The notes under the pieces: generated by a model
Told to the model about the DNA's origin: nothing
What the model saw: only the letters and a program-made list of their open reading frames with translations
Database searches by the model: none
Translations under genes and position numbers: made by a program
In this document: positions 48,015 through 58,066 of the stretch, piece by piece
Layout of the letters: every line of letters starts with the position of its first letter
Position numbering within the stretch: the first letter of the stretch is position 1
Origin: Escherichia phage ph0011
Reading direction: 5' to 3' (one strand)
Sequence record: OP557969.1
Length of the DNA: 64,000 nucleotides

Positions 48015-49213
48015 TGGATTTTCCAGAGAAGTTATTTGTTGCACGTTCCTATATAAACCACAACCAAGTTAATGGTTATATTATCGATGCAACAAAATCA
48101 CACACAAAAGCATTCGAAACAAAGAAAGAAAGAGCTGAGTACTGGGCCAACAAGAACAAACTCCCATCGTTGTATATTGATAATGTACCAACTACAGGTT
48201 TTTGTGTAGTTGATAAATTGACAATTCATGCACGTGAAACATATTTCACTATCCGACATCCTGAAGGATTTGAATTTATGATTAGTTCCAAAAACATGAA
48301 TGATTTGATTATTAATAATGATATAATTAAAGGTGTTTTTGTTGACCCAATGTTTTTCAATAATAACTTAGAGTTGATCAATGGTAAAACAAAAGCATTT
48401 GCTAAGTTGGTTGATAAAGAAAATAAAAAAGAAAAACAAAAAGAAATTGTAGCAGGACTCAAAGTTGGTGATGGCTTCACTTATAACAAAGAAGATTACT
48501 ATTACTGTGGTAAAGTACATGCAATTTGTATAAAGAAAACTAAAGAATTTGCATACCCAGATAAAAGTTCAGTATATCATTTAGTGTTTAATAGTTCTCG
48601 TGGAACTTATGCTTTGAATCAACGTTTGGATAATTACAAACTGGAACCTCGTGCTCTTTTGAATAAGAAGACTACAACAGATGAAGAAATTAAACTTGCT
48701 AATGAATTTTGGCAAAGCTATAGAACAAACAGACATAACCCATTAGGTGAATCTAACATTCCAGTACTGGTACACAATAAATCATTTAAAGCAAAAGACC
48801 TTAAAATTAAATACGAAGAAATAAATGTTGATGATCTTATGAACAATGGACGTTTCAACGAAAACGTACCATTCATGACTAAAGATAATGAACAATCTTA
48901 TCGCGTATTTTTTGGTGTAAGTAATAATACAACACGTAGTTATTACGGGCGTAGTGGAGATTACACTATCCATTACAATGATAAATTTGAACGATTTAGT
49001 GCATATCCAGTTCAAATAGATGATAATGGAATTATGGTAATGGATGTTGATATTAACACACACTCTTCATTCAGTACATGGAATGGTCATCGTTCTCCAT
49101 TCTTTCCACCAAATGAACGCAAAACATCAAGTACTCGTTACTATCAAGATAAGCCGTGTCACGTACAACTAGCAATCAGCAATCCACTTTACATTGGAAA
49201 GTATTATCTATAA
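48014..49213 (+). CDS. hypothetical protein (399 aa)
   Basis: ATG at 48014 overlapping upstream TGA, 8 nt after GAGGA. Confidence 0.65.
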   Translation: MDFPEKLFVARSYINHNQVNGYIIDATKSHTKAFETKKERAEYWANKNKLPSLYIDNVPTTGFCVVDKLTIHARETYFTIRHPEGFEFMISSKNMNDLIINNDIIKGVFVDPMFFNNNLELINGKTKAFAKLVDKENKKEKQKEIVAGLKVGDGFTYNKEDYYYCGKVHAICIKKTKEFAYPDKSSVYHLVFNSSRGTYALNQRLDNYKLEPRALLNKKTTTDEEIKLANEFWQSYRTNRHNPLGESNIPVLVHNKSFKAKDLKIKYEEINVDDLMNNGRFNENVPFMTKDNEQSYRVFFGVSNNTTRSYYGRSGDYTIHYNDKFERFSAYPVQIDDNGIMVMDVDINTHSSFSTWNGHRSPFFPPNERKTSSTRYYQDKPCHVQLAISNPLYIGKYYL

Positions 49214-49224
49214 AGGAATATACA

Positions 49225-50643
49225 ATGAGCATTTTAGCAATTATTGAAAGCATTAAAAATACTAGTAGTACACTAGGCAAAAAAGCTATCCTTGAACAAA
49301 ATAAAGATAACTTAACTTTACAAAAAGTACTGAAATATACTCTCGACCCTTCAATTGTAAGTGGCTATAAGAAACTCCCTGCCGCTGATGACGTAGATCA
49401 ACATATGACGTTAGATGAAGCAATTGATAAGCTAGAATGCATTTACAAGCGTAGCTTGACAGGAAATGCGGGGCGTGATTTCATTGCTTCAGTACTGGGT
49501 TCAGTATCAGAAGATGATCAGGAAGTTCTCCGTAAAATGCTCACTAAGAACCTTGATTGTGGTATCCAAGAAAAGAACTGCAATGATGTGTTTGGTAAAG
49601 GATTCATCAAAGACGAACCATATATGCGTTGTTCTTTGATTGACAAAAAGACTGCAAAGAACATTAACTTCAAAGACTATGGCTATGCAGTCTCTGAGGT
49701 GAAAATGGATGGTCAGTACTTGAACCACGTTGTCATTAATGGTTCATTAACTTCTACATCCCGTAATGGTAAACTCTACGACTTCCTGGGTTGTCGTGAT
49801 GGTGAGATGGCAGGTCTTGCTCACATCATCCAAAGTAAAGATGAACGTTTTAGTAGTGGTGTAGTCTTTATGGGTGAAGGTGTAGTACTGGATACTGATG
49901 GAGAAACCATTCTCCCGCGTACTACAGGTAATGGTATTATTCAGAAAGCTGGAAAAGATTCAATCACTCAAAGTGAAGCAATGCGTACTGTATTCGTTCT
50001 ATGGGATGTTGTTCCATATGATGCATTCAGTGAAGGTGTATGGAATGTAAAACGTAAAGAACGCCGCGAGATCTTAGTTGGTGCAATCAATGAACTCGGT
50101 AGTGAATTTGTTCGTATGGTTGGGTTCCGTAAAGTTAACAACATCAAAGAAGCATTTGAGTACAACAGTGAACTGATGAACAAAGGTGAAGAAGGTTCAG
50201 TACTGAAATGTGAAGATGGTATCTGGAAATCTCATACTTCTCCTAAGCAGTTGAAAATGAAACTTAAGATGCAATTGGATTTGCGTATTGTTGGTTTCAA
50301 TGAAGGTGAAGGTAAGCGTAAAGGTAGCCTTGGTTCTTTACAACTGGAAAGTGCATGTGGTACACTAAAAGTAAATGTAGGTACAGGTATCCGTGAAAAA
50401 GATGCCGAATGGACGTTTAAAACCATTTGGGAAAGAATGCAAGAACTCATTGGTAAAGTAGTAACCGTGGAGTGCAATGATATAGTACAAGATAAGCGTA
50501 CTGGCGAACCATCACTATTTTTACCTGTGTTTATTGAATTTAGATTTGACAAAAACACTTGCGACGATTATACTCGTATCTTAGAAATTCGTGATAGTGC
50601 AGTTGAAGTGTTTTCAAACAGTATTATTGAAGTTTTAGGTTAA
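49225..50643 (+). CDS. 30: ATP-dependent DNA ligase (T4 gp30-like)
   Basis: ATG at 49225 after AAAGGAA; N-terminal KKAILEQNKDN and active-site KMDG (Kx-DG) motif; overall collinear with T4 DNA ligase as I recall it. Confidence 0.9.
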   Translation: MSILAIIESIKNTSSTLGKKAILEQNKDNLTLQKVLKYTLDPSIVSGYKKLPAADDVDQHMTLDEAIDKLECIYKRSLTGNAGRDFIASVLGSVSEDDQEVLRKMLTKNLDCGIQEKNCNDVFGKGFIKDEPYMRCSLIDKKTAKNINFKDYGYAVSEVKMDGQYLNHVVINGSLTSTSRNGKLYDFLGCRDGEMAGLAHIIQSKDERFSSGVVFMGEGVVLDTDGETILPRTTGNGIIQKAGKDSITQSEAMRTVFVLWDVVPYDAFSEGVWNVKRKERREILVGAINELGSEFVRMVGFRKVNNIKEAFEYNSELMNKGEEGSVLKCEDGIWKSHTSPKQLKMKLKMQLDLRIVGFNEGEGKRKGSLGSLQLESACGTLKVNVGTGIREKDAEWTFKTIWERMQELIGKVVTVECNDIVQDKRTGEPSLFLPVFIEFRFDKNTCDDYTRILEIRDSAVEVFSNSIIEVLG

Positions 50644-50662
50644 CCATTTATTGGAGGTAATT

Positions 50663-51454
50663 ATGAAATTTGTCGTAACATCTGATGTACACGGTAGTAC
50701 TGATTACCTCCATAGTGGGGATTACAGCGATACAGTACTGATTATTGCGGGAGACTTCGATGAAGTTAAACGAAGTCGTTATCGTACTGGTATTGAATCA
50801 CTGTGTAAGCAGTTCAAGAATGTAGTTCTGGTTCCAGGAAACCATGAGTATTATGGTTCAAACATTCACAAAACGCATCGAGTACTGTCCGATATGCAAG
50901 ATGAGATTCCAAATTTCATCTTTTTGCAAAACAAATTTGTATGGCTGGATGGTGTACTGCTCGTTGGTAGCACACTATGGACTGACTTTGATAAAGGCAA
51001 TGCACTGGTTAAGTTTGATGCTCAACAAAAGATGAATGATTATAAACACATTCGTCATGGAACAACATCAGAACCGTGGAAACGTAAACTCAAACCTGAT
51101 GATGTTGAGTTCATGCATTATCAGGATAAACAATTTATCAAAAATTCAGTTGATACAGTTCGTCTAATGAATGATAATGATATCAAGGTTGTGGTGGTAA
51201 CACATCATGCACCAAGTTATCAGAGTGTATCTCCGAGATACAAGAATGACTCACTGAATGGATGTTATTGTTCTGATATGGACCAGTACATCGAAGATTT
51301 GGGTGCTGATGTTTGGATTCATGGTCACGTTCATAGTAGCTTTGACTACCACATTGGTAAGACACGTATCATTTGTAATCCACGAGGCTATGAATCGTAC
51401 AGTGGTGCTTGTGAGAATTTTGATTACAATCCAAAATTTGTAGTTGAAATCTAA
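50663..51454 (+). CDS. metallophosphoesterase
   Basis: ATG after GGAGG; motifs SDVHG, GDFDE, GNHE, GHVH typical of the calcineurin-like superfamily. Confidence 0.75.
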   Translation: MKFVVTSDVHGSTDYLHSGDYSDTVLIIAGDFDEVKRSRYRTGIESLCKQFKNVVLVPGNHEYYGSNIHKTHRVLSDMQDEIPNFIFLQNKFVWLDGVLLVGSTLWTDFDKGNALVKFDAQQKMNDYKHIRHGTTSEPWKRKLKPDDVEFMHYQDKQFIKNSVDTVRLMNDNDIKVVVVTHHAPSYQSVSPRYKNDSLNGCYCSDMDQYIEDLGADVWIHGHVHSSFDYHIGKTRIICNPRGYESYSGACENFDYNPKFVVEI

Positions 51455-51463
51455 GGTAAGGTT

Positions 51464-51859
51464 ATGATACATACATTTCACATTGATGATAAGATGCTTG
51501 TTATATTGAGTTGCTGTCATATGTTTCAACGATTGGGTATGCGTATGCTATACTCTTGTGACAAAATCCAATACTACAATCCTGATGGTACTGGTACAGT
51601 GATGAAAGATAGATATAACTTCACCCGTGATGTAAAACGAGCAGACGATTTAGATTCATTTGTGGGAAAGGCGTATGTTCTTGTTCATGATGACAGTCGT
51701 GGTGATGTGTTACCATTCAGCACTTTATCAATTAATATGTTCTTTAAATATGAACAATTTTCAAATACACTAAGAATGATTGAGATTGATTTTGATAACA
51801 TTCCTGTTGGTACACGTTATGAATTTCTTTATGCCCTTACCACAATAGGGGTGTACTGA
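51464..51859 (+). CDS. hypothetical protein
   Basis: ATG after AAGG; 131 aa. Confidence 0.55.
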   Translation: MIHTFHIDDKMLVILSCCHMFQRLGMRMLYSCDKIQYYNPDGTGTVMKDRYNFTRDVKRADDLDSFVGKAYVLVHDDSRGDVLPFSTLSINMFFKYEQFSNTLRMIEIDFDNIPVGTRYEFLYALTTIGVY

Positions 51860-52242
51860 TGGAAAATGTCGTTGTATATGTATTTGAGATCAATAATGAA
51901 ATCAAGTACGTAATTAATGGTTATAAACATTACACAAGAGCAGACCGAAAGCTGGAAATATATTCAAAAGAAGCAAGAAACTACTGCTTAGGTGATGATT
52001 CAGTTGAGGTTTGGATTGATGGAAATGCAGAGTATTTTGATGCTGACTTCTATGATGATCTTGACAAATCAAATGACTTGTACATTTATGTAGAAAATGA
52101 ACATTATTACACAAATTCTTTGTTTGACATTACCGACAGTACAGTATATGATACTGCTATGGTTAAGTTACTAAAGATTGACCACGATATGTTTAATAAA
52201 CATACAATTTGTGGTTTATTAGATTTTTTCAGAAACTTGTAG
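51859..52242 (+). CDS. hypothetical protein
   Basis: ATG overlapping upstream TGA; 127 aa. Confidence 0.55.
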   Translation: MENVVVYVFEINNEIKYVINGYKHYTRADRKLEIYSKEARNYCLGDDSVEVWIDGNAEYFDADFYDDLDKSNDLYIYVENEHYYTNSLFDITDSTVYDTAMVKLLKIDHDMFNKHTICGLLDFFRNL

Positions 52243-52267
52243 ACAAATACGATCACTGTGATATAAT
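52240..52267 (+). promoter_or_regulatory. sigma70-like early promoter with extended -10 (TGTGATATAAT)
   Basis: TAGACA-N16-TGaTATAAT in the intergenic region upstream of the ClpP-like gene. Confidence 0.45.
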
Positions 52268-52301
52268 ACTCACATAAATGAAACAATAGAGGAAAATAAC
52301 A

Positions 52302-52997
52302 ATGGTTGAACAATTCAATTTTGGTGGTTATGCTAATGGTGAAGTAAGTAACATTTCTATTCCATATGTAGTTGAGAAAGTTAATGGTTCAGAACGTACA
52401 TATGATCTAGCATCTCGTATGATGCAAGACCGTATCATTTTCCTTGATACTGACTTCAATGACCAAATGGCACATATCATCAAACAACAATTGGTGTGGT
52501 TAGACTCACAAGGTGATTCCCCTATTACATTCTATATTAGCTCACCGGGCGGTTCAGTACACGCAGGATTGGGTATTGCAGATGTTGCCAAGTCTTGTGT
52601 TTCACCAATTCGTACTGTAGTAATGGGTTATGCAGCTTCAATGGGGTGTTATACTCAATCGGTAATTGGTACTAAAGGTTTTCGTTTAGGTGGTAAGCGT
52701 TCTTACTTTATGTGTCATCAAGTAAGTTCTGGCACACAAGGTTTAATTACCGACCAGAAGATTTCACTTAAACATTCTGATGAATTGAATACACTATTGA
52801 CCAAAGAAATCGCAGAAGCAGTAGGTGTTTCTCATGAACAACTACTGAAAGATGCAGACCGTGATTTGTGGTTGAATGCTGAAGAAGCACTCGAATATGG
52901 TGAAAAAGGATTTATCGATGGTATTATCCTTGGACCACGCAACGAGAAAGGTCAATACCTAGTCAAGCGTCGTGGTGGTGTTGAAGAGTGGGTGTAA
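52302..52997 (+). CDS. ClpP-like serine protease (peptidase S14 family)
   Basis: ATG after GAGGAAAA; segments RIIFLDTDFND, ISSPGGSVHAG, GYAASMGC (Ser), MCHQ (His) align with canonical ClpP. Confidence 0.85.
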   Translation: MVEQFNFGGYANGEVSNISIPYVVEKVNGSERTYDLASRMMQDRIIFLDTDFNDQMAHIIKQQLVWLDSQGDSPITFYISSPGGSVHAGLGIADVAKSCVSPIRTVVMGYAASMGCYTQSVIGTKGFRLGGKRSYFMCHQVSSGTQGLITDQKISLKHSDELNTLLTKEIAEAVGVSHEQLLKDADRDLWLNAEEALEYGEKGFIDGIILGPRNEKGQYLVKRRGGVEEWV

Positions 52998-53045
52998 AAT
53001 AGTTTTATTGATACCCCAAATGGGGTATCATCTTTTGGAGATTAT

Positions 53046-53336
53046 ATGAAAGTTCTAGTTCGTAATAATACTGAAGTGGAAAGTGTATTAGATGATTCCG
53101 ATTTTATTAATGTTGCATTCGACCAAATGAGCACAGTAGTGCTTGAATTAAAAAATATAGATGAAGCCGAACGTGTACTGAATGGATTTGCAATTGTGCT
53201 TGAATTAATGAAAGAAGTATTAATTAAAAAGAACATGAATCCAGGTGATGTGGTTAAACATGCAGAAGCTGAGCGTAAAGAACACGGGTCATTCTCTGAT
53301 AAAAAATACATTCAAACTGATGAGGTAAAAGAATAA
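53046..53336 (+). CDS. hypothetical protein
   Basis: ATG after GGAG; 96 aa. Confidence 0.55.
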   Translation: MKVLVRNNTEVESVLDDSDFINVAFDQMSTVVLELKNIDEAERVLNGFAIVLELMKEVLIKKNMNPGDVVKHAEAERKEHGSFSDKKYIQTDEVKE

Positions 53337-53337
53337 T

Positions 53338-53784
53338 ATGTCCAATGCACAATATAAAGATGGTTATGACGCATACAAAGCAAAAGTAGTTCTAAGTGCT
53401 GAACAACTAAAAATGCAGCACCCATTGTATCGTCAGGGTTATCGTGCAGCACAAGCAGAATCGATGAAGAAAAATAATGTAACTTTCCCTACGACGTTAT
53501 ATGATATTCCAAAACGCCCACACATTTTTAAAGCAGAATGGACTGATATTATGGCAGCAACTAAACGTCCTCGTTTTGCTAAACTTCACACTGATGAAGG
53601 TCGATGGCTACTAATGGGTATTATGAAAGCAGTTGAGAATCAATCTCACAAAATCGTTCGTTATAAAGATGTTGTGGCTATGGTTGATAAAGCATTTGAT
53701 CTCGTGCTACAATACGGCTATGAAGAAGGCGTATTAACTGTTGCAGATTGTGAACAATATCAGTACACACCTTTTCAAAAATAG
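53338..53784 (+). CDS. hypothetical protein
   Basis: ATG ORF 148 aa. Confidence 0.55.
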   Translation: MSNAQYKDGYDAYKAKVVLSAEQLKMQHPLYRQGYRAAQAESMKKNNVTFPTTLYDIPKRPHIFKAEWTDIMAATKRPRFAKLHTDEGRWLLMGIMKAVENQSHKIVRYKDVVAMVDKAFDLVLQYGYEEGVLTVADCEQYQYTPFQK

Positions 53785-53795
53785 TATAACAAAAA

Positions 53796-53822
53796 GGAAT
53801 CCAGATCTGGATTCCTTTTCTT
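53796..53822 (+). terminator. rho-independent terminator
   Basis: GGAATCCAGA/TCTGGATTCC palindrome followed by a T-run. Confidence 0.65.
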
Positions 53823-53875
53823 ATTACTGTATACTTAAATGAATATATGAAATTAGTTCTGGTTTAGAGGACATA

Positions 53876-54400
53876 ATGAAATATACACAACTAAACAACA
53901 ATGATACTAATATATGGTTAGGAAATATATCTAAAACACTTGAATTGGTTAAATTCACACTACAAAAATCGGTCGATATTGAAATTAATATTAAGAAAGA
54001 AATATTAAAACATTATCATAAAAATAAATTTTACAAGTTTATTTCTAAATTAATCTATGGGTTATATGATATTGAAGATATTTGTATTGGGTACAGTACT
54101 GGTATTTGTTTCACTACTGATGGTATAATGAATGATTTAAATTTTCGACTAACCCGCGAAGAACAAGATTTTCGTATATTTTGTGATAATATCATGAATG
54201 AAGATAAAATCCAATTTGTGATTGAATTGAGTCAGATATGGTCTGTATATGCAGACAAACCATTCGAAATTAATGAATCAGATATATTAAACTATATTCG
54301 AATAATGAAAATTCATGATTTATGTAAAAACGCATTACTAAGTATTGGAGCCTATGATGAAGCATACGACGTGGTTAAAGATAGCAGAAGTGGTTGCTGA
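53876..54400 (+). CDS. hypothetical protein
   Basis: ATG after GAGGA; 174 aa; 3' end overlaps the cd start by about 44 nt in another frame. Confidence 0.5.
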   Translation: MKYTQLNNNDTNIWLGNISKTLELVKFTLQKSVDIEINIKKEILKHYHKNKFYKFISKLIYGLYDIEDICIGYSTGICFTTDGIMNDLNFRLTREEQDFRIFCDNIMNEDKIQFVIELSQIWSVYADKPFEINESDILNYIRIMKIHDLCKNALLSIGAYDEAYDVVKDSRSGC

Positions 54401-54836
54401 AGAAAGTAAATGTCTTTCTCAAAAAGTTGGGTGTGTGATTGTTAAAAATAACCGAGTATTGAGTACTGGTTATAATGGTACTCCATCTAAACAACCTAAT
54501 TGTTGTGATGTTAATCAACATTTAGTTAAGAATGGTCGTTTTCAAGACTGGATTAGTGATGAAGCAAAGCATGAACACCATGAGTGGAGTAATATTCATG
54601 AAATACATGCAGAAATGAATGCACTGTTATATAGTTCTCCGACTGAGCGTCAAGGTTCAACACTTTACACAACACTCCAACCGTGTTATACTTGTTCTAA
54701 ATTGATAGCGGGGAGTGGTGTTTCTCGTGTAATTTATCAAAAAAGTTATCCTCGTACTCCACCAGAGGCTATTAAAGTACTGGAAGATGCTGGGATTATT
54801 GTAAATTGCATTTATGATAAGGATCTTGACAAATGA
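54357..54836 (+). CDS. cd: dCMP deaminase
   Basis: ATG 6 nt after GGAG; zinc-binding motifs HAEMNAL and PCYTCSKLI (HAE...PCxxC) and ESKC N-terminal segment as in T4 Cd; the ATG at 54354 is an alternative start. Confidence 0.88.
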   Translation: MKHTTWLKIAEVVAEESKCLSQKVGCVIVKNNRVLSTGYNGTPSKQPNCCDVNQHLVKNGRFQDWISDEAKHEHHEWSNIHEIHAEMNALLYSSPTERQGSTLYTTLQPCYTCSKLIAGSGVSRVIYQKSYPRTPPEAIKVLEDAGIIVNCIYDKDLDK

Positions 54837-55090
54837 CATTATTGGCAATCGCTGGTTTTTTGTTTATATTAGTTTTCTTGTTATTATTGGTAATGTTTGT
54901 TATTGATGATAACGATGGATATTTCAGAAATTATAAAGTACGCTTTTCTGCACAAAATAATAAGTATTATATTGTGAATTGTATTAAACATCGTGAAAAG
55001 AATGTAACAAATAGATTTGGATTTACAATTTATTACAAAGACCGCGTAGAGGCTGATATGATTTGTCAAAAACTTAACACAGTAGAATAA
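54833..55090 (+). CDS. small predicted membrane protein
   Basis: ATGA overlap; N-terminal hydrophobic helix. Confidence 0.5.
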   Translation: MTLLAIAGFLFILVFLLLLVMFVIDDNDGYFRNYKVRFSAQNNKYYIVNCIKHREKNVTNRFGFTIYYKDRVEADMICQKLNTVE

Positions 55091-55118
55091 AAAAAGGAGC
55101 CATATGGCTCCTTTTTTA
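55088..55118. terminator. bidirectional rho-independent terminator
   Basis: A-run, GGAGCCA-TA-TGGCTCC hairpin, T-run; sits between convergent + genes and the minus-strand gene. Confidence 0.7.
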
Positions 55119-55320
55119 TGTTTTTACGTAAGATGTATAGATCATTATTCAATTTGATTTTGTGAATCATATACATAGAACAAAAACCTCCAACACCTGC
55201 TTTTTCATCTTTTAATTTAATGAAGAAAGTATCATCTCTTAGACTTTCATCTGAATTTTCGATACTATCAATAGAAAAAGGAAGTCTTCCGGTTAATGCA
55301 ATTATGCTACTCTAAGGAAA

Positions 55321-55342
55321 GTGCATGATAATTATCATGCAC
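55321..55342 (-). terminator. candidate hairpin downstream of the minus-strand gene
   Basis: GTGCATGATA/TATCATGCAC palindrome 15 nt beyond the stop; weak U-run. Confidence 0.3.
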
Positions 55343-55356
55343 TATATTATTAAAAA

Positions 55357-58029
55357 TTAAGCACTGATTGTTACAGTTGCAGTATCTTTTTTATTACCAT
55401 CCACTGTAGTCACTGTAATGATTACAGAACCTTCTTCTAGAGCAGTTACTAATCCATCATCACTAATAGATACTTTAGTAGGTTTATCTGCACTATAAGT
55501 TACTGATTTGTTAGTTGCTTTAGCTGGTAGAACTTCTGGAACTAGTTGAACTGTTTTAGTTCCTGATAGTGAAAGTTCAGTAGTTTTAGGTGTTAAACTA
55601 ACACTGGATACTGGAACTGGAATATTAACGATTACTGATGTTTGACCAGTAACATCACTACCATCAGCGGCAGTAGCGATAATATTTGCAGTACCATTAG
55701 TTAGTGCAGTTACGATACCAGTATTAGCATCTACTTTAGCAATTTCTGGAGCACTGGATGACCAAATTACATTTTTATTGGTTGCATCACTTGGGGTAAT
55801 TGCAGCAGCCATTTGTTTAGTTGCATTCAATGTAGTCAAAGTTTGATCTTTAGGAGTTACATCAATTGCAGTTACTGGCACTGGAATATTAACAGTAATA
55901 ACACCTTGACCTGTTTTACCACTTCCATCAGCAGCAGTTGCGATAATGTTTGCAGAACCGTTAGTTAACGCAGTTACAACACCAGTACTAGCATCTACTT
56001 TCGCTACAGCAGGTTTACTGGAAGACCATGTTACAGATTTATTTGTTGCGTTAGTTGGAAGAACTTCAGCAGCCATTGCTTGAGTTGCGTTAACAGCAGT
56101 CAATGTTTTAGTTGCTGGAGTAACATTAATAGATGCGACTGGAACTGGAATTGCTACAGTTACCGCACATTTTGCAGTTTTTGCTCCATCAGCAGTTGTT
56201 ACTGTGATATCAGCAGTGCCATTTGCTACAGCAGTGATTAAACCAGTTGGACTAACAGTTGCCACTCCATCAGCAGAAGTACTATAAGTTACTGCTTTGT
56301 TGGTAGCATTAGGTGGTAGTACAGTTGGTGTTAGTTGTTGAGTATCACCGACTGAAGTTAATTTAGCACTTGTTGGAGATACTGATACACTTGCAACAGG
56401 AACTGGAATGTTAACAGTTACCACGCAAACTTTAGAAAATCCACCATCAGATGTGGTTGCTGTAATATTTGCAGTACCGTTTGCAACAGCAGTGATTAAA
56501 CCAGTTGGACTTACCGTTGCGACACCCTCAGCAGAAGTAGTGTATGAAATATCTTTACGACGAGCGTTATCTGGAATAACAGATGCAGTTAGTTGTTGAG
56601 TAGCACCTACAGAAGTTAGGGTTGCTGTCAACGGAGTCATATTAATTCCAGTTACTGGGATCGTTACATCAATCACTGATTCAGCAGTTTTAGCACCATC
56701 ATCAGTGGTAACAGTAATAGTTGTAGTACCGTTATCAACCGAAGTTACTAGACCAGTATTACTAACTTTTGCTACGTCTGGATATGAAGAAACATATGAA
56801 ACTGCTTTATTGGATGCAGTTGCAGGAGCAACGGTTGTTTCTAATTGTTTAGTATCACCTAATGTTGAGAATGTATAAGTACTAGGAGTCATTGTGACAC
56901 CAGATACTGGTGTTTTCACTGTGATTGTAGTAGTGTCCGTTTTAGCACCATCTTCGGTTGTAGCTGTAATCACCACTGTGCCGTTAGCCACACCAGTTAC
57001 TAGACCAGAAGTAGGGTTAACAGTTGCTATATCAGGTGTTGCTGAAGACCACGTGACGTTTTTATTAGTTGCATCATCAGGAGATATTGTAGCAGTTAAT
57101 TGTTGAGTACTGCCAACGTTAATTGATGCAGTTTTAGGAGAAACAACAACACCACTAACTGGAGTTGTTACAGTAACAGTACATTTTGAAACAAATGAAC
57201 CATCAACTGTAGTTGCAATTACATCAGTACTGCCATCTGCAATACCAGTTACCATACCAGTTGGACTTACAGTTGCGAAGCGTGGTATACTGGATGACCA
57301 AATAACACTTTTATCACTTGCATCATCGGGTGATACGGTAGCTGTTAGTTGATGAGTTTTACCAACACCAAGAGATAGAGTTGAAGGAGAAACAACAACA
57401 CCACTAACTGGAGTTGTTACAGTAAATGCACAAACATCGGTGAAACCACCATCATGAGTAGTAACTGTTACATTTGCATTACCATTAGCACGGGCAATTG
57501 CTAAACCAGTTTGAGCATCAACTTCAACTATTGTTGGAGCAGAGGAACTATAACTTACTGTTGGATCATTTGCATAATCTGGATTAATTGTAGCTGATAG
57601 TTGTTGTGTGCTACCAACTTTAAGTGCTACTACTTTGGGTGAAATAATAACACCATTAACTGGTGTAGTATAATCACGTTTAACCACACGACCATTGTTC
57701 AATTTAATAATACGACCCATATAAAGAGTAGCATATCCCTTACTAATCCCATCATCTACATAAATCATAAATGAATTGTCTTGAACCATATTAATTGCGT
57801 CTACTGGCTTAACAGTATTTGGAATGTCGATACCACGGGTATCATACCAACACATGGAAACTTTGTAATATATATCACCATTATCATTGATGAGATCATA
57901 CACGTTACTGGAACGTTGACGGTTAATATATAAAGTTTCGGTTAATACCTTACCATCGATTTTAGCGACAGAAACTTTAATACCACCAATACCAAATGGC
58001 AATTTACCTTCACTAGATATTGCTTTCAT
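55357..58029 (-). CDS. large virion-surface-type protein with about nine to ten tandem Ig-like (Big_2-type) domains
   Basis: 890-aa ORF, the only strong minus-strand gene; AAGGAAA RBS; repeated 85-90-aa units TPVSGV..SP...L.VG.TQQLTATV.P.DATNK.V.WSS..P..A.V...G.VT.VA.GT..ITATT.DG; ~120-aa non-repeat N-terminal domain. Confidence 0.85.
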   Translation of the reverse strand: MKAISSEGKLPFGIGGIKVSVAKIDGKVLTETLYINRQRSSNVYDLINDNGDIYYKVSMCWYDTRGIDIPNTVKPVDAINMVQDNSFMIYVDDGISKGYATLYMGRIIKLNNGRVVKRDYTTPVNGVIISPKVVALKVGSTQQLSATINPDYANDPTVSYSSSAPTIVEVDAQTGLAIARANGNANVTVTTHDGGFTDVCAFTVTTPVSGVVVSPSTLSLGVGKTHQLTATVSPDDASDKSVIWSSSIPRFATVSPTGMVTGIADGSTDVIATTVDGSFVSKCTVTVTTPVSGVVVSPKTASINVGSTQQLTATISPDDATNKNVTWSSATPDIATVNPTSGLVTGVANGTVVITATTEDGAKTDTTTITVKTPVSGVTMTPSTYTFSTLGDTKQLETTVAPATASNKAVSYVSSYPDVAKVSNTGLVTSVDNGTTTITVTTDDGAKTAESVIDVTIPVTGINMTPLTATLTSVGATQQLTASVIPDNARRKDISYTTSAEGVATVSPTGLITAVANGTANITATTSDGGFSKVCVVTVNIPVPVASVSVSPTSAKLTSVGDTQQLTPTVLPPNATNKAVTYSTSADGVATVSPTGLITAVANGTADITVTTADGAKTAKCAVTVAIPVPVASINVTPATKTLTAVNATQAMAAEVLPTNATNKSVTWSSSKPAVAKVDASTGVVTALTNGSANIIATAADGSGKTGQGVITVNIPVPVTAIDVTPKDQTLTTLNATKQMAAAITPSDATNKNVIWSSSAPEIAKVDANTGIVTALTNGTANIIATAADGSDVTGQTSVIVNIPVPVSSVSLTPKTTELSLSGTKTVQLVPEVLPAKATNKSVTYSADKPTKVSISDDGLVTALEEGSVIITVTTVDGNKKDTATVTISA
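55360..57670 (-). repeat. in-frame tandem repeats of about 255-270 bp encoding Ig-like domains
   Basis: Recurrent nucleotide and peptide units visible across the gene body. Confidence 0.65.
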
Positions 58030-58066
58030 ATACTTTCCTTTATAAAATTGTATTGTATTGTTATAT

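Noticed and set aside
56408-57106. Plus-strand ORFs 56408-56599 and 56894-57106.
   Set aside because: They are antisense to the Ig-like repeat gene; the T/V/A-rich translations are the mirror of its repeats.
55357-58029. Possibility that the repetitive minus-strand region is a CRISPR array or a non-coding satellite.
   Set aside because: Repeats are ~260 bp, in frame and imperfect, and encode Ig-like domains within one uninterrupted 890-codon ORF; there is no short direct-repeat/spacer architecture.
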